A DNA stretch of 64,000 bases from Fervidicoccaceae archaeon (GTDB lineage Archaea > Thermoproteota > Thermoprotei_A > Sulfolobales > Fervidicoccaceae), in NCBI GenBank assembly GCA_038734945.1, contig JAVYOA010000009.1:186001-250000 (forward strand), written 5' to 3'. Positions 29,119-38,799 of this stretch are shown piece by piece (positions within the stretch are counted from its first letter, which is position 1; each line of letters opens with the position of its first letter). The notes beneath the pieces are model-generated. The model made no database searches. It saw only the letters and a program-made list of their open reading frames with translations, and was not told where the DNA came from. A program made the translations under genes and the position numbers.

Positions 29119-30000
29119 ATGTTGAGCATTATAACGAAGAGAGCAAGCATGGAAAGAAAAGAGGTTCTGAGAAGGAGATGGTATAAATTCAGAAGCAATC
29201 CTCTCTCTCTTCTCGGCCTCTTCATTGTATCAACCGTAATCTTTGGGGCTATATTCGCTCCATACATTATCCCATATCCAGAGAGCGTTGGTCTCTACAT
29301 GAATTTTTCACAGGCATTTCAGCCTCCAAGCCTGAAGCATCCATTTGGAACTGATGACTATGGAAGGGATGTTTTCAGTAGAACAATATATGGCTTCCGC
29401 TACAGCCTTCTTCTTGCTGCTGTTGTTCTAAGCATAGTCGTTGTTCCCGGAACTTTGCTTGGGATGATTGCTGGATATTTCAGAGATACAAAGATTGAGC
29501 TGGCAATTATGAGAATAACAGACATATTTCTCGGAGTACCCCCATTGATATTAGCATTGGCAATAGCTAGTGTTCTCTCTCCAAATTTAGTGAACTCAAT
29601 GTTAGCAATTACTCTCATGTGGTGGCCATGGTACACAAGACTAGCATACAGCTCAACTAGTGCAGTTATAAACGAACCATTTGTGAAAGCAGCACAATTG
29701 ATAGGAGCAGGTCTAAAGCACATACTGTTCAGAGAGATAGCTCCGAACATAATGGGAAGCATACTAACCAAAGTCACTCTGGATGTTGGATGGGTAATTC
29801 TGATTGGAGCCAGCTTGAGTTTCCTTGGTCTTGGAGCTCAGCCCCCAACACCAGATTTGGGAACAATGGTTGCAGAGGGAGCAAAGTATCTTCCATATTA
29901 CTGGTGGATCTCTCTATTCCCAGCAGGTGCTATAGTCTACATAATCCTGGGTTTCAATCTGCTAGGAGACGGTCTGAAGGATGCATTTTTCAGCGAGTGA
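29119..30000 (+). CDS. peptide ABC transporter permease (DppC-like)
   Basis: HPFGTDDYGRD, LSFLGLG..PP.PDLG, FNLLGDGL; start set at ATG 29119 after GGAGG (track ORF begins 28939 inside dppB). Confidence 0.9.
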   Translation: MLSIITKRASMERKEVLRRRWYKFRSNPLSLLGLFIVSTVIFGAIFAPYIIPYPESVGLYMNFSQAFQPPSLKHPFGTDDYGRDVFSRTIYGFRYSLLLAAVVLSIVVVPGTLLGMIAGYFRDTKIELAIMRITDIFLGVPPLILALAIASVLSPNLVNSMLAITLMWWPWYTRLAYSSTSAVINEPFVKAAQLIGAGLKHILFREIAPNIMGSILTKVTLDVGWVILIGASLSFLGLGAQPPTPDLGTMVAEGAKYLPYYWWISLFPAGAIVYIILGFNLLGDGLKDAFFSE

Positions 30001-30012
30001 GGTTGTTGGAAA

Positions 30013-31002
30013 ATGGGAGAAACCCTTCTGGAGATCAAGGGGCTTCACGTCTCATACACAGTGTATGGTCGCAGATATCATGTTCTGAACGGGATAGGAC
30101 TCAGAGTTGAAAGGGGAGAAAAAGTTGGAATAATTGGAGAAAGCGGATGTGGAAAAACAACAACATTGAAGTCCATATTGAGAATTCTTCCCCAAAATGC
30201 TGTAATTGAAGGTGGAGACATTCTCTTCAATTCAAGGAGCATCTTGAAGATGAGTAGAGATGAACTGAGGAAAATCAGGAGAACAAGAATCTCAATGATA
30301 TTTCAGGATCCTACAGCTGCTCTCAACCCAGTTTTCAGGATAGGGGAGCAGCTTTCCGATATAATAAGAGCAAAGTATGAAGAAGAGGGGAGGCGGATAA
30401 ACAAGAAGGAGCTACAGCAAGAATCAGAGGAACTCATTAGGCAGGTTATGCTCCCAGAGCCAGAGAGAATACTTCGCAGCTATCCTTTTCAGCTCAGCGG
30501 AGGAATGAGGCAGAGGGTTATGATAGCAATGGCACTTGCTTCAGGAAAAGATCTTCTTCTGGCAGATGAGCCAACAACCAATCTAGATGTCACAATTCAG
30601 GACCAGATTCTCAAGCTAATTCACAAGATTGTAACTGAAAAAAAGCTCTCAATTGTTCTAGTCTCTCATGCTCTCGGAGCAGTGAGAAGAATGGTGGACA
30701 GAGTATATGTTATGTATGCGGGGACTATTGTTGAGGAGGGAAAAACTGAGAAGGTCTTTGGAAATCCTCAGCATCCTTACACTAGAATGCTGCTGGCTAG
30801 CGCTCCAAAGCTGAGTGGAGGAGGGATTTCAGAGGGAATTCCTGGAAGAGTTCCTGACTATGCCTCTCCTCCTTTTGGCTGCAGGTTCAATCCCAGGTGT
30901 CCCCATGTTATGCCTGCCTGTAGATATAAGCCTCCCAGAATGGTGGAAGTTGAAAATGATCACAGAGTAGCGTGCTATTTATATGATTTGGAGATGAAAT
31001 AG
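30013..31002 (+). CDS. peptide ABC transporter ATPase (DppD-like)
   Basis: GESGCGKT, LSGGMRQR, DEPTT, HPYT, GCRFNPRC. Confidence 0.93.
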   Translation: MGETLLEIKGLHVSYTVYGRRYHVLNGIGLRVERGEKVGIIGESGCGKTTTLKSILRILPQNAVIEGGDILFNSRSILKMSRDELRKIRRTRISMIFQDPTAALNPVFRIGEQLSDIIRAKYEEEGRRINKKELQQESEELIRQVMLPEPERILRSYPFQLSGGMRQRVMIAMALASGKDLLLADEPTTNLDVTIQDQILKLIHKIVTEKKLSIVLVSHALGAVRRMVDRVYVMYAGTIVEEGKTEKVFGNPQHPYTRMLLASAPKLSGGGISEGIPGRVPDYASPPFGCRFNPRCPHVMPACRYKPPRMVEVENDHRVACYLYDLEMK

Positions 31003-31003
31003 C

Positions 31004-32008
31004 ATGAGCGAAATTCTCAGCGTTATATCTCTTACAAAGCACTTCAAGACCCCAAAAGGTATAGTTCATGCTGTAGATGACATCACTTTCTCGGTGAAGG
31101 AGGGAAGGACACTTGGATTGGTGGGAGAAAGTGGTAGCGGAAAAAGCACTACTGGACATGTTATAGCGGGCATATACCCCCCAACAAGAGGAAAAGTGAT
31201 TTTCAATGGAGTTGATATAAGCACTGATGCAAGAAGGAGGCCTCTTTTCATTAAGAAGCAAATAGGAATGGTATTTCAGGATCCCAGTACAAGTCTTAAT
31301 CCAAAGCAAACTATTGAGGAAATTCTATCGCTTCCCCTGAAAGTTCACATGAAGATAACAAGATATGAGGAATTGAGAAAGGCAACAAAGGAACTACTGG
31401 AGAAAGTTCAGCTCCCATCAGATTATGTGAGCAGATATCCAAGAGATCTTGGAGGGGGAGAGAGACAGCTAGTAGCTATAGCGAGAGCCCTCGCTAGTGA
31501 GCCAAGGCTGATAATTCTCGATGAACCTACCAGTGCTCTGGATGTTAGCGTGCAGGCAAAAATAATCACAACTCTCATGAAGCTCCAGAAGGAAATGGGG
31601 CTGACATATATATTCATAACTCATGATTTAAGCCTGATGAGAAACGTAGCTGATGAGGTTGCTATAATGTACCTAGGGAAAATATACGAGCTTTCAGAAA
31701 CAAGAGAGTTCTTCGAGAGGCCTCTGCATCCATATACAATGATGCTGATTTCCTCAATTCCAACTCTGTCTGAGGAGGAGGAGAAACTCAAGCCACCAGG
31801 GATTGAATCGAAAGGAGAGATACCAAGTGCTGTTGATCCACCGAAGGGATGCCGGTTCAACACAAGATGTCCATTTGCTAGTGAAAAATGCAGAGAAATT
31901 GAACCTGAATTCGAAGCAGTTAATGGAAGCAGAAAAGTTGCTTGTCACTATTGGAGGGAAATAGCTGGGAAACTGAGAAATCATGGAGGAGGACATAGGA
32001 GCGGTTAA
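31004..32008 (+). CDS. peptide ABC transporter ATPase (DppF-like)
   Basis: GESGSGKS, GGGERQ, DEPTSALDVSVQ, GCRFNTRC. Confidence 0.93.
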   Translation: MSEILSVISLTKHFKTPKGIVHAVDDITFSVKEGRTLGLVGESGSGKSTTGHVIAGIYPPTRGKVIFNGVDISTDARRRPLFIKKQIGMVFQDPSTSLNPKQTIEEILSLPLKVHMKITRYEELRKATKELLEKVQLPSDYVSRYPRDLGGGERQLVAIARALASEPRLIILDEPTSALDVSVQAKIITTLMKLQKEMGLTYIFITHDLSLMRNVADEVAIMYLGKIYELSETREFFERPLHPYTMMLISSIPTLSEEEEKLKPPGIESKGEIPSAVDPPKGCRFNTRCPFASEKCREIEPEFEAVNGSRKVACHYWREIAGKLRNHGGGHRSG

Positions 32009-32799
32009 AAGTAGTTTACCCTAACTTTTCTCAGCATTGCAGCTTTCTCTATCTGTTCTCTGAATATCCTGTTTCCAGCCTTCTTCTCCACATATGCGCT
32101 CTCTATTCCCTCATAGTTTTTGTCGAACATTTCTGAAAGGACCTTCTCGCTCAACCCCTCCCTAATCGCATGCTTAGGCGCTATATGGCCAAAACATACC
32201 CCCCTTGTCAAAGTGAGCTCAGTATGCCTTTCACTGTAGTGGCCACCCCCAAATCCAATTGCCTTCTCACATTCAGGCAGGCTATTCTCTGTGAGCAGCT
32301 CGTGAGCCTCATAGACTGTTTCGGCTACAAGAAAATGGAGATCTTCCCTTTTCCACATACTTTCATCGCTTCCAATCTCAATGAATGTTATTGGTTTGTT
32401 TAGGTTGCTTGGACCATGATGCGTAGCTTCATATGTAACTCTCAGCTCTCCCAGCAGTCCAGCCTTCTCAGCCCTCCTTCTCAACCCCTTCAGAAGAAAG
32501 CCATTGAGTCTGGGGAAGCTCATTGAGAGCTCTTCCCCCCTTCCTCCAAGAATTGCAGTCTTCAGGAGATTTCCTGTAGAGTGTACAGTCAGACATGGAA
32601 TCTTCGACTCACTTCTGTGTCTCGATAGAATGAGGAAAGAATCAAATTCCTTGAAATTCTCCAGAAAGCTGAACTCAACAACGCTTTCCGCAAACCCTCT
32701 AACAGCTTCATCACCTACCATTCCCTTCAAGCTCTTGGCAATTCCAACTCCAGCTATGTCCTGCTCGCTATATGCATAAAGGATCCTCATCCCGAGCAC
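32005..32799 (-). CDS. dtdA: D-aminoacyl-tRNA deacylase (archaeal DTD2)
   Basis: LSRHRS, LTVHSTGN, EATHHGP, FIEIGS, GFGGGHY. Confidence 0.92.
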   Translation of the reverse strand: MLGMRILYAYSEQDIAGVGIAKSLKGMVGDEAVRGFAESVVEFSFLENFKEFDSFLILSRHRSESKIPCLTVHSTGNLLKTAILGGRGEELSMSFPRLNGFLLKGLRRRAEKAGLLGELRVTYEATHHGPSNLNKPITFIEIGSDESMWKREDLHFLVAETVYEAHELLTENSLPECEKAIGFGGGHYSERHTELTLTRGVCFGHIAPKHAIREGLSEKVLSEMFDKNYEGIESAYVEKKAGNRIFREQIEKAAMLRKVRVNYF

Positions 32800-32851
32800 C
32801 TAAGGAAAGCTTTTTTCCCCGAGCTTAAGAGCTTATCCATAAGGATCTAAA

Positions 32852-33766
32852 ATGATAGAGGGTTTTATAGGTAGATTGAAGAGCAGCTATTGGATTGCAA
32901 GAACTTACTATGATATATCTGGCAAGAGATTAGTTATCCCAAGATATCTTGAGAAGATGGGCTCTCTTACCGCTATTAAGGAAGCAGAGGAATCAATTTC
33001 TATCGCAGAGAAAATTCTTCCAACTGGACTGGAGCTTTCTGAGTGTTTTGGAAGGCTAGTCCCCCTGCTATTTCCCTCTTCATTCGATGAAATCCTGGAT
33101 CCTAGATCAGGACCGAAAATAAAAAGCGACAAGGTTGCTATGAGAGCCCTTGAGCTCATGAAAAGGCTGAGGGATTTAAGCGGAAGTGAGGATATTGGTG
33201 TTACTGGAGGCCTATTGGTGGGAAAAAGGACAGAAGATATAGATATCGTAGTCTATGGAAGAAGAACCTGCGAGCAAATATACGGCATCTTGGAAAGAGA
33301 AAATTTACTGGAAAAATATTCTGAGAGAGAAGCTTTTGAGCTCCTTATTAAGAGAGGACAAAAGCCAATAACAATGGAACTTATAGATAGAGAAGCTAGA
33401 AAGAGACTTCAGGGCAAGTACAGGGGAATTGATGTCTACATAAGGCTCATTCCAGCAATACCAGAGAAGCCCCTTGAATGCCAAAGAAAAGTGAGAAAGA
33501 TTGGGGAGGTTGAAAGAAAGGTAAAAATTCTTGATGCCAGAGCAAATTATCTATATCCATGCAAATATATTGCCGAGGAAATCTCAACTGGTGCTAGGAT
33601 ATCAATACAATCCGATAGAGGAAGATTCTGCGAGCTGTTCGAAGAGGATGAGATAGCACTAGTTAAAGGCGAGCTTGAAGTTGTCAGTGAGGAGAACAAG
33701 AATGAGCTCTCGATATATTTATGGAGGAAGGAGCACTTCATGATTCCATTTAGGAAGGTTGTTTGA
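32852..33766 (+). CDS. predicted nucleotidyltransferase (Pol-beta superfamily)
   Basis: IGVTGGLLVG....DIDIVVYG motif; C-terminal beta-rich, OB-like segment. Confidence 0.65.
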   Translation: MIEGFIGRLKSSYWIARTYYDISGKRLVIPRYLEKMGSLTAIKEAEESISIAEKILPTGLELSECFGRLVPLLFPSSFDEILDPRSGPKIKSDKVAMRALELMKRLRDLSGSEDIGVTGGLLVGKRTEDIDIVVYGRRTCEQIYGILERENLLEKYSEREAFELLIKRGQKPITMELIDREARKRLQGKYRGIDVYIRLIPAIPEKPLECQRKVRKIGEVERKVKILDARANYLYPCKYIAEEISTGARISIQSDRGRFCELFEEDEIALVKGELEVVSEENKNELSIYLWRKEHFMIPFRKVV

Positions 33767-34388
33767 AATGAAGCAGCTATCTTCTCCAGGAAAATGGAGA
33801 AACGAACTGAAGGGATTCTATGTGGAATCTCTTGCTCTGCATAGGGCATTGGGAAACAGGCCTGCCTTTCTTGGAGTAAAAATCCTATCTGAGAAAGAAG
33901 GAGAAGCAAACGTCTATCCAGGAAGCAGAATTTATTCTTTGCTCCTTTCGAATTTCGGTTTAGTAGAGAAAGAAATTTTCCTCAACTTCACCAGCTCTCC
34001 AGGGCTTCTGCTAAATGCTTTTGAGGGCAGCAGAGTGAAGATCCATTGGGAAGAATATCCTCCAAGGATAGAAGGAGCATATATGATTGTCAGAGCTGTC
34101 GTAGAATCAGCTGCAATGGGGGATCCTGCTAAAATCATCTTGTCTCTAGAAGAAGAGTGGATAGATGAAAACAGCGTTTTTCCCCTCACGAGAGCTACTG
34201 GGTTAATGATTGAAGCTCTAATAGAAGCAAGCAGATTCGACATAGGAAGAAGAGAAGAGAGGATAAGAAATTTCCTTTTCTTCATCGATAGATTGAAGAG
34301 GGTTGCCGAAGATGAGACCTTGCTTTCAGCACTTGAGAAAATCGAAGGGAGAGCAAGAAAAAATGAAGAACATCGAGAGAAAGATTGA
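33759..34388 (+). CDS. DUF447-like protein
   Basis: ES....NRPAFLGV, VYPGS, FLNFT, LTRATGLMIEALIEASR resemble DUF447; start may be ATG 33768. Confidence 0.55.
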   Translation: MFEMKQLSSPGKWRNELKGFYVESLALHRALGNRPAFLGVKILSEKEGEANVYPGSRIYSLLLSNFGLVEKEIFLNFTSSPGLLLNAFEGSRVKIHWEEYPPRIEGAYMIVRAVVESAAMGDPAKIILSLEEEWIDENSVFPLTRATGLMIEALIEASRFDIGRREERIRNFLFFIDRLKRVAEDETLLSALEKIEGRARKNEEHREKD

Positions 34389-35169
34389 GAGGGCAATTGC
34401 TCTAGCAGTCATGCTGGAACCTACAGGTTGGGGTGTAGCCTTGAACGTTTCGAGGAAAAGAGATCATGACGACAAGAAGCTCCAGGATTTCGTGGTTTTC
34501 GGATATGATCTGGGAAGCATGATTATGGAGAAGCTCTACTCCGAGGATGGCAGCGGAAAAGGGTTCACAGAAATTGTTGAAGAGCAGAGCAAAATGTTTG
34601 GTACAAACTTAGCTTTTGGAGAGATCTTTTTGCTCTACCTGAATTCCTATGGAGCTCTATTCAATAGCAGCCTGAGTCCGGATACAGCAGCAGAAGGTGG
34701 GACAAGCCTTCTATATACAATGGACCCTGAGAACTATATCAAGGCAATAAGAATCTCATCCCCAAGCTTTATTGGAAGATTCTCATCTTCTATTATTCCC
34801 TCTGTCCTACAGATGTTTGAAGCAAAGGAAAGAAGAATGAGATTGGTTGATATCTTGAGGCTCAATCCATTTGATCCTGTATCATTTGAGACATCGAGAG
34901 GATTTCCATATACGCGATCTCTCTCAGCTAGCTTAGTAAAAAAACTATCTTGTCGAATACCAAGTTCGTCTGCTCTGGATTCTCTATTTTCCAGCCTTTG
35001 CTGCATTTTCACAGATTACCTAACTTATAGGAGAAAGGGGATAGAAAGAGCCGAAATCGCCTCAAGAGATTGCTGCTATAGCAATTCGGCAAATGAGTCC
35101 CTCGGATCGATCTCAGATCTGGTTGCTTTAACTCTCTTTTACTATTTTCTAAAGTGCTCCGGAGGGTGA
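34363..35169 (+). CDS. divergent CitG-like (triphosphoribosyl-dephospho-CoA synthase family) protein
   Basis: A..LE...NVSR..D.D...DF, TNL..G..LL, SLGSISDLVA resemble CitG motifs in degenerate form; ATG 34363. Confidence 0.5.
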   Translation: MKNIERKIERAIALAVMLEPTGWGVALNVSRKRDHDDKKLQDFVVFGYDLGSMIMEKLYSEDGSGKGFTEIVEEQSKMFGTNLAFGEIFLLYLNSYGALFNSSLSPDTAAEGGTSLLYTMDPENYIKAIRISSPSFIGRFSSSIIPSVLQMFEAKERRMRLVDILRLNPFDPVSFETSRGFPYTRSLSASLVKKLSCRIPSSSALDSLFSSLCCIFTDYLTYRRKGIERAEIASRDCCYSNSANESLGSISDLVALTLFYYFLKCSGG

Positions 35170-35175
35170 GAGAAC

Positions 35176-35682
35176 ATGGTAAGGAAAACGCTGAAGGAAT
35201 TCACGGATGTGAAAAGTGAGGAAGATGAATGCTGCCGCGAAGTTCTGAAAAAGCTTGAAGAAATTGAGCAAAGTATCTTTGCAATTGAGAAAAGACTAGA
35301 AGGATTGGAAGGAACTATAAAGGAAATGAAATCACCATTTTCCTCTAAAATTACTGATGAAATGGATGAAGCTCTAAAGCTACTTAAAGAAAGGGGGTTC
35401 GTGAGAGAGAGCGTCGACTTAGCTAAAACAAAGCAGGGCAGAAGGATAAGCGAGAGGCTCAGAGCTCTTGGAGCAATCGAGCTAAAGGGAAGCAGTGAGA
35501 CGTATCTGATTCATCCAAGGAAATTCGAAGAGCTCTTGAAGCAGATAGAGAGCATCGATGAGAGCGATCCAATTTTGGCGTCGGAAAAAATGAAAGAGCT
35601 AAGGGATCTTTTCCTAGAGATGCAGAGAACTGGAGTAATATATTTCGATGCTAAGGAGAGAAGATGGAAACTCATATCCTAG
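35176..35682 (+). CDS. hypothetical protein (coiled coil plus possible winged helices)
   Basis: 168 aa ORF with GGGTGA RBS; ends GVIYFD....WKL. Confidence 0.7.
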   Translation: MVRKTLKEFTDVKSEEDECCREVLKKLEEIEQSIFAIEKRLEGLEGTIKEMKSPFSSKITDEMDEALKLLKERGFVRESVDLAKTKQGRRISERLRALGAIELKGSSETYLIHPRKFEELLKQIESIDESDPILASEKMKELRDLFLEMQRTGVIYFDAKERRWKLIS

Positions 35683-36080
35683 AAAGGAGAAGGATTTCCC
35701 TCTACATACACGAATAGCCTTGTGCCCTTAAAGAGGGGATCTTTCTTAAGAGACCAGAGTAATAATTCATCATCGTCGTGAACTTCACAAATATGCTCTT
35801 CCTCTGCCAGATTTCTCAGAGTCCTTAGCTTCCAACTTCTTGGATCCTCATCTTCTGTTCTGAAAATGAACTGATAAACATCACCTGGACTGAGACCTCT
35901 GCTTTTCAGTTCATCCATGATTCTTCTTCTCTCCTTGAGAGGCCTCCCAGTTATTACAACTATTTTTCCTTTCTTCGCTCTCTCCTTGAGCAATAGCATT
36001 CCCTGAACAGGATCCTTTTCTTTTTCTTTCCCTAGAAGAACCCCATCCACATCAAATATATAGAGGCACTCATCCATCAT
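35679..36080 (-). CDS. minimal HAD-family phosphatase
   Basis: FDVDGVL (motif I), ITGR (II), K (III), HDDD (IV). Confidence 0.8.
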   Translation of the reverse strand: MMDECLYIFDVDGVLLGKEKEKDPVQGMLLLKERAKKGKIVVITGRPLKERRRIMDELKSRGLSPGDVYQFIFRTEDEDPRSWKLRTLRNLAEEEHICEVHDDDELLLWSLKKDPLFKGTRLFVYVEGNPSPF

Positions 36081-36676
36081 AGCAACACCGGCAAAACAAA
36101 AACATCTTTCCCATCGCTCGAAACAATTTCAATAACCTTTCCAAATAGCAGCATGATTCCCACAATGCAGCAAGCAGCTGCATCTGCATAGTCCTTGCTC
36201 AGCTTAAGGGTCAATATCTTCTCCGCCATTTCTCTTGCATCGTGAAACCCCATAGCTCTGGCTGCACTTCTGGGATGAGTTTCAACAACTATTGCATCTT
36301 TTCGTAATTTTTTCATTACTTTGGAAATTTCGATCCCCCTCTTTGCCAGTTCCCTAATGCTTGGAAACGATACAGGAAGAACTTTTCCTCCAATCATGGT
36401 AACCAGCCTATCTAGATCTCTATATTTCTTCTCAACTGATAAGGGAGCGTCAATAACCACGATTATTCTATACCTTTTGGACTTTGCAATTGAATATTGA
36501 ATTATATCATCGTTGCTCATTGCCTTTCTAAAAATGAACTTCCTCCCTCCCCAATGATATATGCATAAATAAGTTTCTCTACGAAGTGAGAGATCTATTC
36601 CAACTATTACGGCTCTTTCTCCCCAATTTGCTTTATTTCTCTTTCGGCCTGAGCTCATCCACAGGCGCCTTCTCAA
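36077..36676 (-). CDS. DUF429-like RNase H-fold protein
   Basis: VGIDLS, IDAPLS, R..DR, VETHP, DA..C. Confidence 0.7.
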   Translation of the reverse strand: MRRRLWMSSGRKRNKANWGERAVIVGIDLSLRRETYLCIYHWGGRKFIFRKAMSNDDIIQYSIAKSKRYRIIVVIDAPLSVEKKYRDLDRLVTMIGGKVLPVSFPSIRELAKRGIEISKVMKKLRKDAIVVETHPRSAARAMGFHDAREMAEKILTLKLSKDYADAAACCIVGIMLLFGKVIEIVSSDGKDVFVLPVLL

Positions 36677-38012
36677 TAGGTTCCAAGTACTTTCTCAGGA
36701 CCTTTGGTATTATCACTCTCCCATCTGCTTCCTGGAAGTTCTCAAGGATGGCAGTTATTGCCCTTGATGTTGGTATTCCCGTACCATTAAGCGTATGGAG
36801 ATACTCTCTCCTTCCATCAGCAGCTCTTAGATACGTCAAATTAGCCCTGAAGGCTTGCCAGTCCAGCACTTGGCTAATACTTGCTATTTCCCTGTACTTT
36901 CCCTGAGATGGATACCAGACTTCAATATCATATTTCTTTGCAGCTGGAAGCCCAAGTTCACCACTCACAACATTCACAACCCTATAGGGAAGTTCGAGTC
37001 CTCTCAATATTTCCTCAGTATTTTCAACCATTTCATCCAGATGCTTCCAGCTGTTTTCTGGATGGGCAAATATGAATTGCTCTATCTTGTGAAACTGATG
37101 AACTCTGAATATCCCCTTTATATCTCTATTTCCAGCTCCTGCCTCTTTTCTGAAGCAAGGGCTCCAACCAACAAGCTTTAAAGGAAGCTCCTGTTCCTTC
37201 AGAGGATTTTCAAAGGCGAGGGCCATGAGAGGATGCTCTGCAGTTCCTATCAGGTTAAGATCTTCTCCCTCAATCTTATATATCATATCCTTGAATGAGG
37301 AATAGTCAATTGCTCCCTCAAGCACCTCGGTTCTAAGCATGTATGGAGGAATAACGGGAGTGAAGCCCTTTCTTGTAAGCAAATCAAGAGCATACATGCT
37401 TATAGCGAAATCCAGCCAAACTATATCCCCAATAAGATAATAGAATCTGGATCCAGCAACCTTTGCTGCCTGAAGAGTATCCCCCATCTTCAGAACTTTT
37501 TCTAGCATATCTGCATGTCCTACTATTTTCCTATTCTCAATTAATTCATACTCAATTTCAAAACCCCACCTTTTTGTCTGATTTAAGAATTCCTCTAGGC
37601 TTTCTCTCATAACTTTTGGCTTTCCCCAGAACCTAACAGGCACATTTTCTTCATCGGAAAAACCTACTGGAACATCATCTGCTAATATATTGGGGAGTTT
37701 CTTCATTGTCTCCATCCACTTGCTCTCTATCTCTGCCAGCTCTCTTTCCTTCATGGCAACTTTTTCCTCAATACTTTTGGCCCTCTGCAAAAGATCCTTT
37801 CTTGTACTTTCATCTTTGCTCTTGGAGATCTCCCTGCTGAGGAGATTATGCTCTTTCCTTAATTGCTCTATTTCTTTCATGAATTCTCTTCGCTTACTAT
37901 CTATATCGATAGCTTCATGAACTATTGAAACATCCATTCCTCTTTTTCTGACCATTTCCATGTATTTTTCCGGAGAGCTTCTTATTACTTCTATTACTGT
38001 CCATCTGGGCAT
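36633..38012 (-). CDS. serS: seryl-tRNA synthetase
   Basis: GTAEHP, CFRKEAG, GIFRVHQFHKIE, KKYDIEVW, HTLNGT, ILENFQ. Confidence 0.97.
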   Translation of the reverse strand: MPRWTVIEVIRSSPEKYMEMVRKRGMDVSIVHEAIDIDSKRREFMKEIEQLRKEHNLLSREISKSKDESTRKDLLQRAKSIEEKVAMKERELAEIESKWMETMKKLPNILADDVPVGFSDEENVPVRFWGKPKVMRESLEEFLNQTKRWGFEIEYELIENRKIVGHADMLEKVLKMGDTLQAAKVAGSRFYYLIGDIVWLDFAISMYALDLLTRKGFTPVIPPYMLRTEVLEGAIDYSSFKDMIYKIEGEDLNLIGTAEHPLMALAFENPLKEQELPLKLVGWSPCFRKEAGAGNRDIKGIFRVHQFHKIEQFIFAHPENSWKHLDEMVENTEEILRGLELPYRVVNVVSGELGLPAAKKYDIEVWYPSQGKYREIASISQVLDWQAFRANLTYLRAADGRREYLHTLNGTGIPTSRAITAILENFQEADGRVIIPKVLRKYLEPIEKAPVDELRPKEK

Positions 38013-38193
38013 TGGAATGCACCTCTTCCTATGAATAATAGATGAGCATTTTTTGCTGAAATTTCATTTTTAATGCGAGCACTTATCATTGCTATGCACG
38101 CTCACATTCATGGAGCTCACTTGAACGGTATTCCTAATAAGCTTTTTAGCAAGGTTAAAAATAGCTGATCGAAGTACTTTAAATCAGTTTACT

Positions 38194-38799
38194 TTATGGT
38201 TTAGAGATCACGAATTTTGCTGCTTCTCTCAAAATGCTATCGAGATCGTTGAGAACGCTTATAGATGAGGATTTGAATTCAACAAATAGTATTTTATTCT
38301 CATAGCTTATTCGTAAAAAGTCCTTCTGATTCCTCAGAAATCCCAGCATATTGAAAAGCTTTCCAGCATCTTTCCCGCACATCGTGAAGTTCTTTCCCGC
38401 ATATCTAATTTTTTCTCCCTCCTTACAGAACTTCTTTTTTCTCTCTATTGTGCTTGGCTTCAAATCCAAGTTCTCCACATACTCCACTTTAAGAATAAGC
38501 TTATCGTATCTCGAAGTAATTTTGGAAATCGGATAGTAGACCAGAGAGTGCCTGGGCAAGAGGAGGAGAACGGCTTCTGCTCTCTTTATTCCATCTCTAT
38601 CCAGCCTATAAAGTGCTCGGAACCCGAGAGAAGTTCCCAGCAAAGTGTATATCTTATCTTTAGGCTTTAGCATTTTCTCTAGTCCTTCACTTATCTCCTT
38701 CATTTTCCTAACGTTCCTATTGTGCTCTCTAAAGAAAACAATCGGCATGAGAATGGCCAAAATTACTATGATAGCAAGAAGTACATATTCTATGTTCAT
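38194..38799 (-). CDS. membrane-anchored hypothetical protein of the cstA/arsA operon
   Basis: N-terminal TM helix, PKDKIYTLLG..LGFRA, LLPRHS..YYP; ATGA overlap with the ATPase gene. Confidence 0.75.
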   Translation of the reverse strand: MNIEYVLLAIIVILAILMPIVFFREHNRNVRKMKEISEGLEKMLKPKDKIYTLLGTSLGFRALYRLDRDGIKRAEAVLLLLPRHSLVYYPISKITSRYDKLILKVEYVENLDLKPSTIERKKKFCKEGEKIRYAGKNFTMCGKDAGKLFNMLGFLRNQKDFLRISYENKILFVEFKSSSISVLNDLDSILREAAKFVISKP

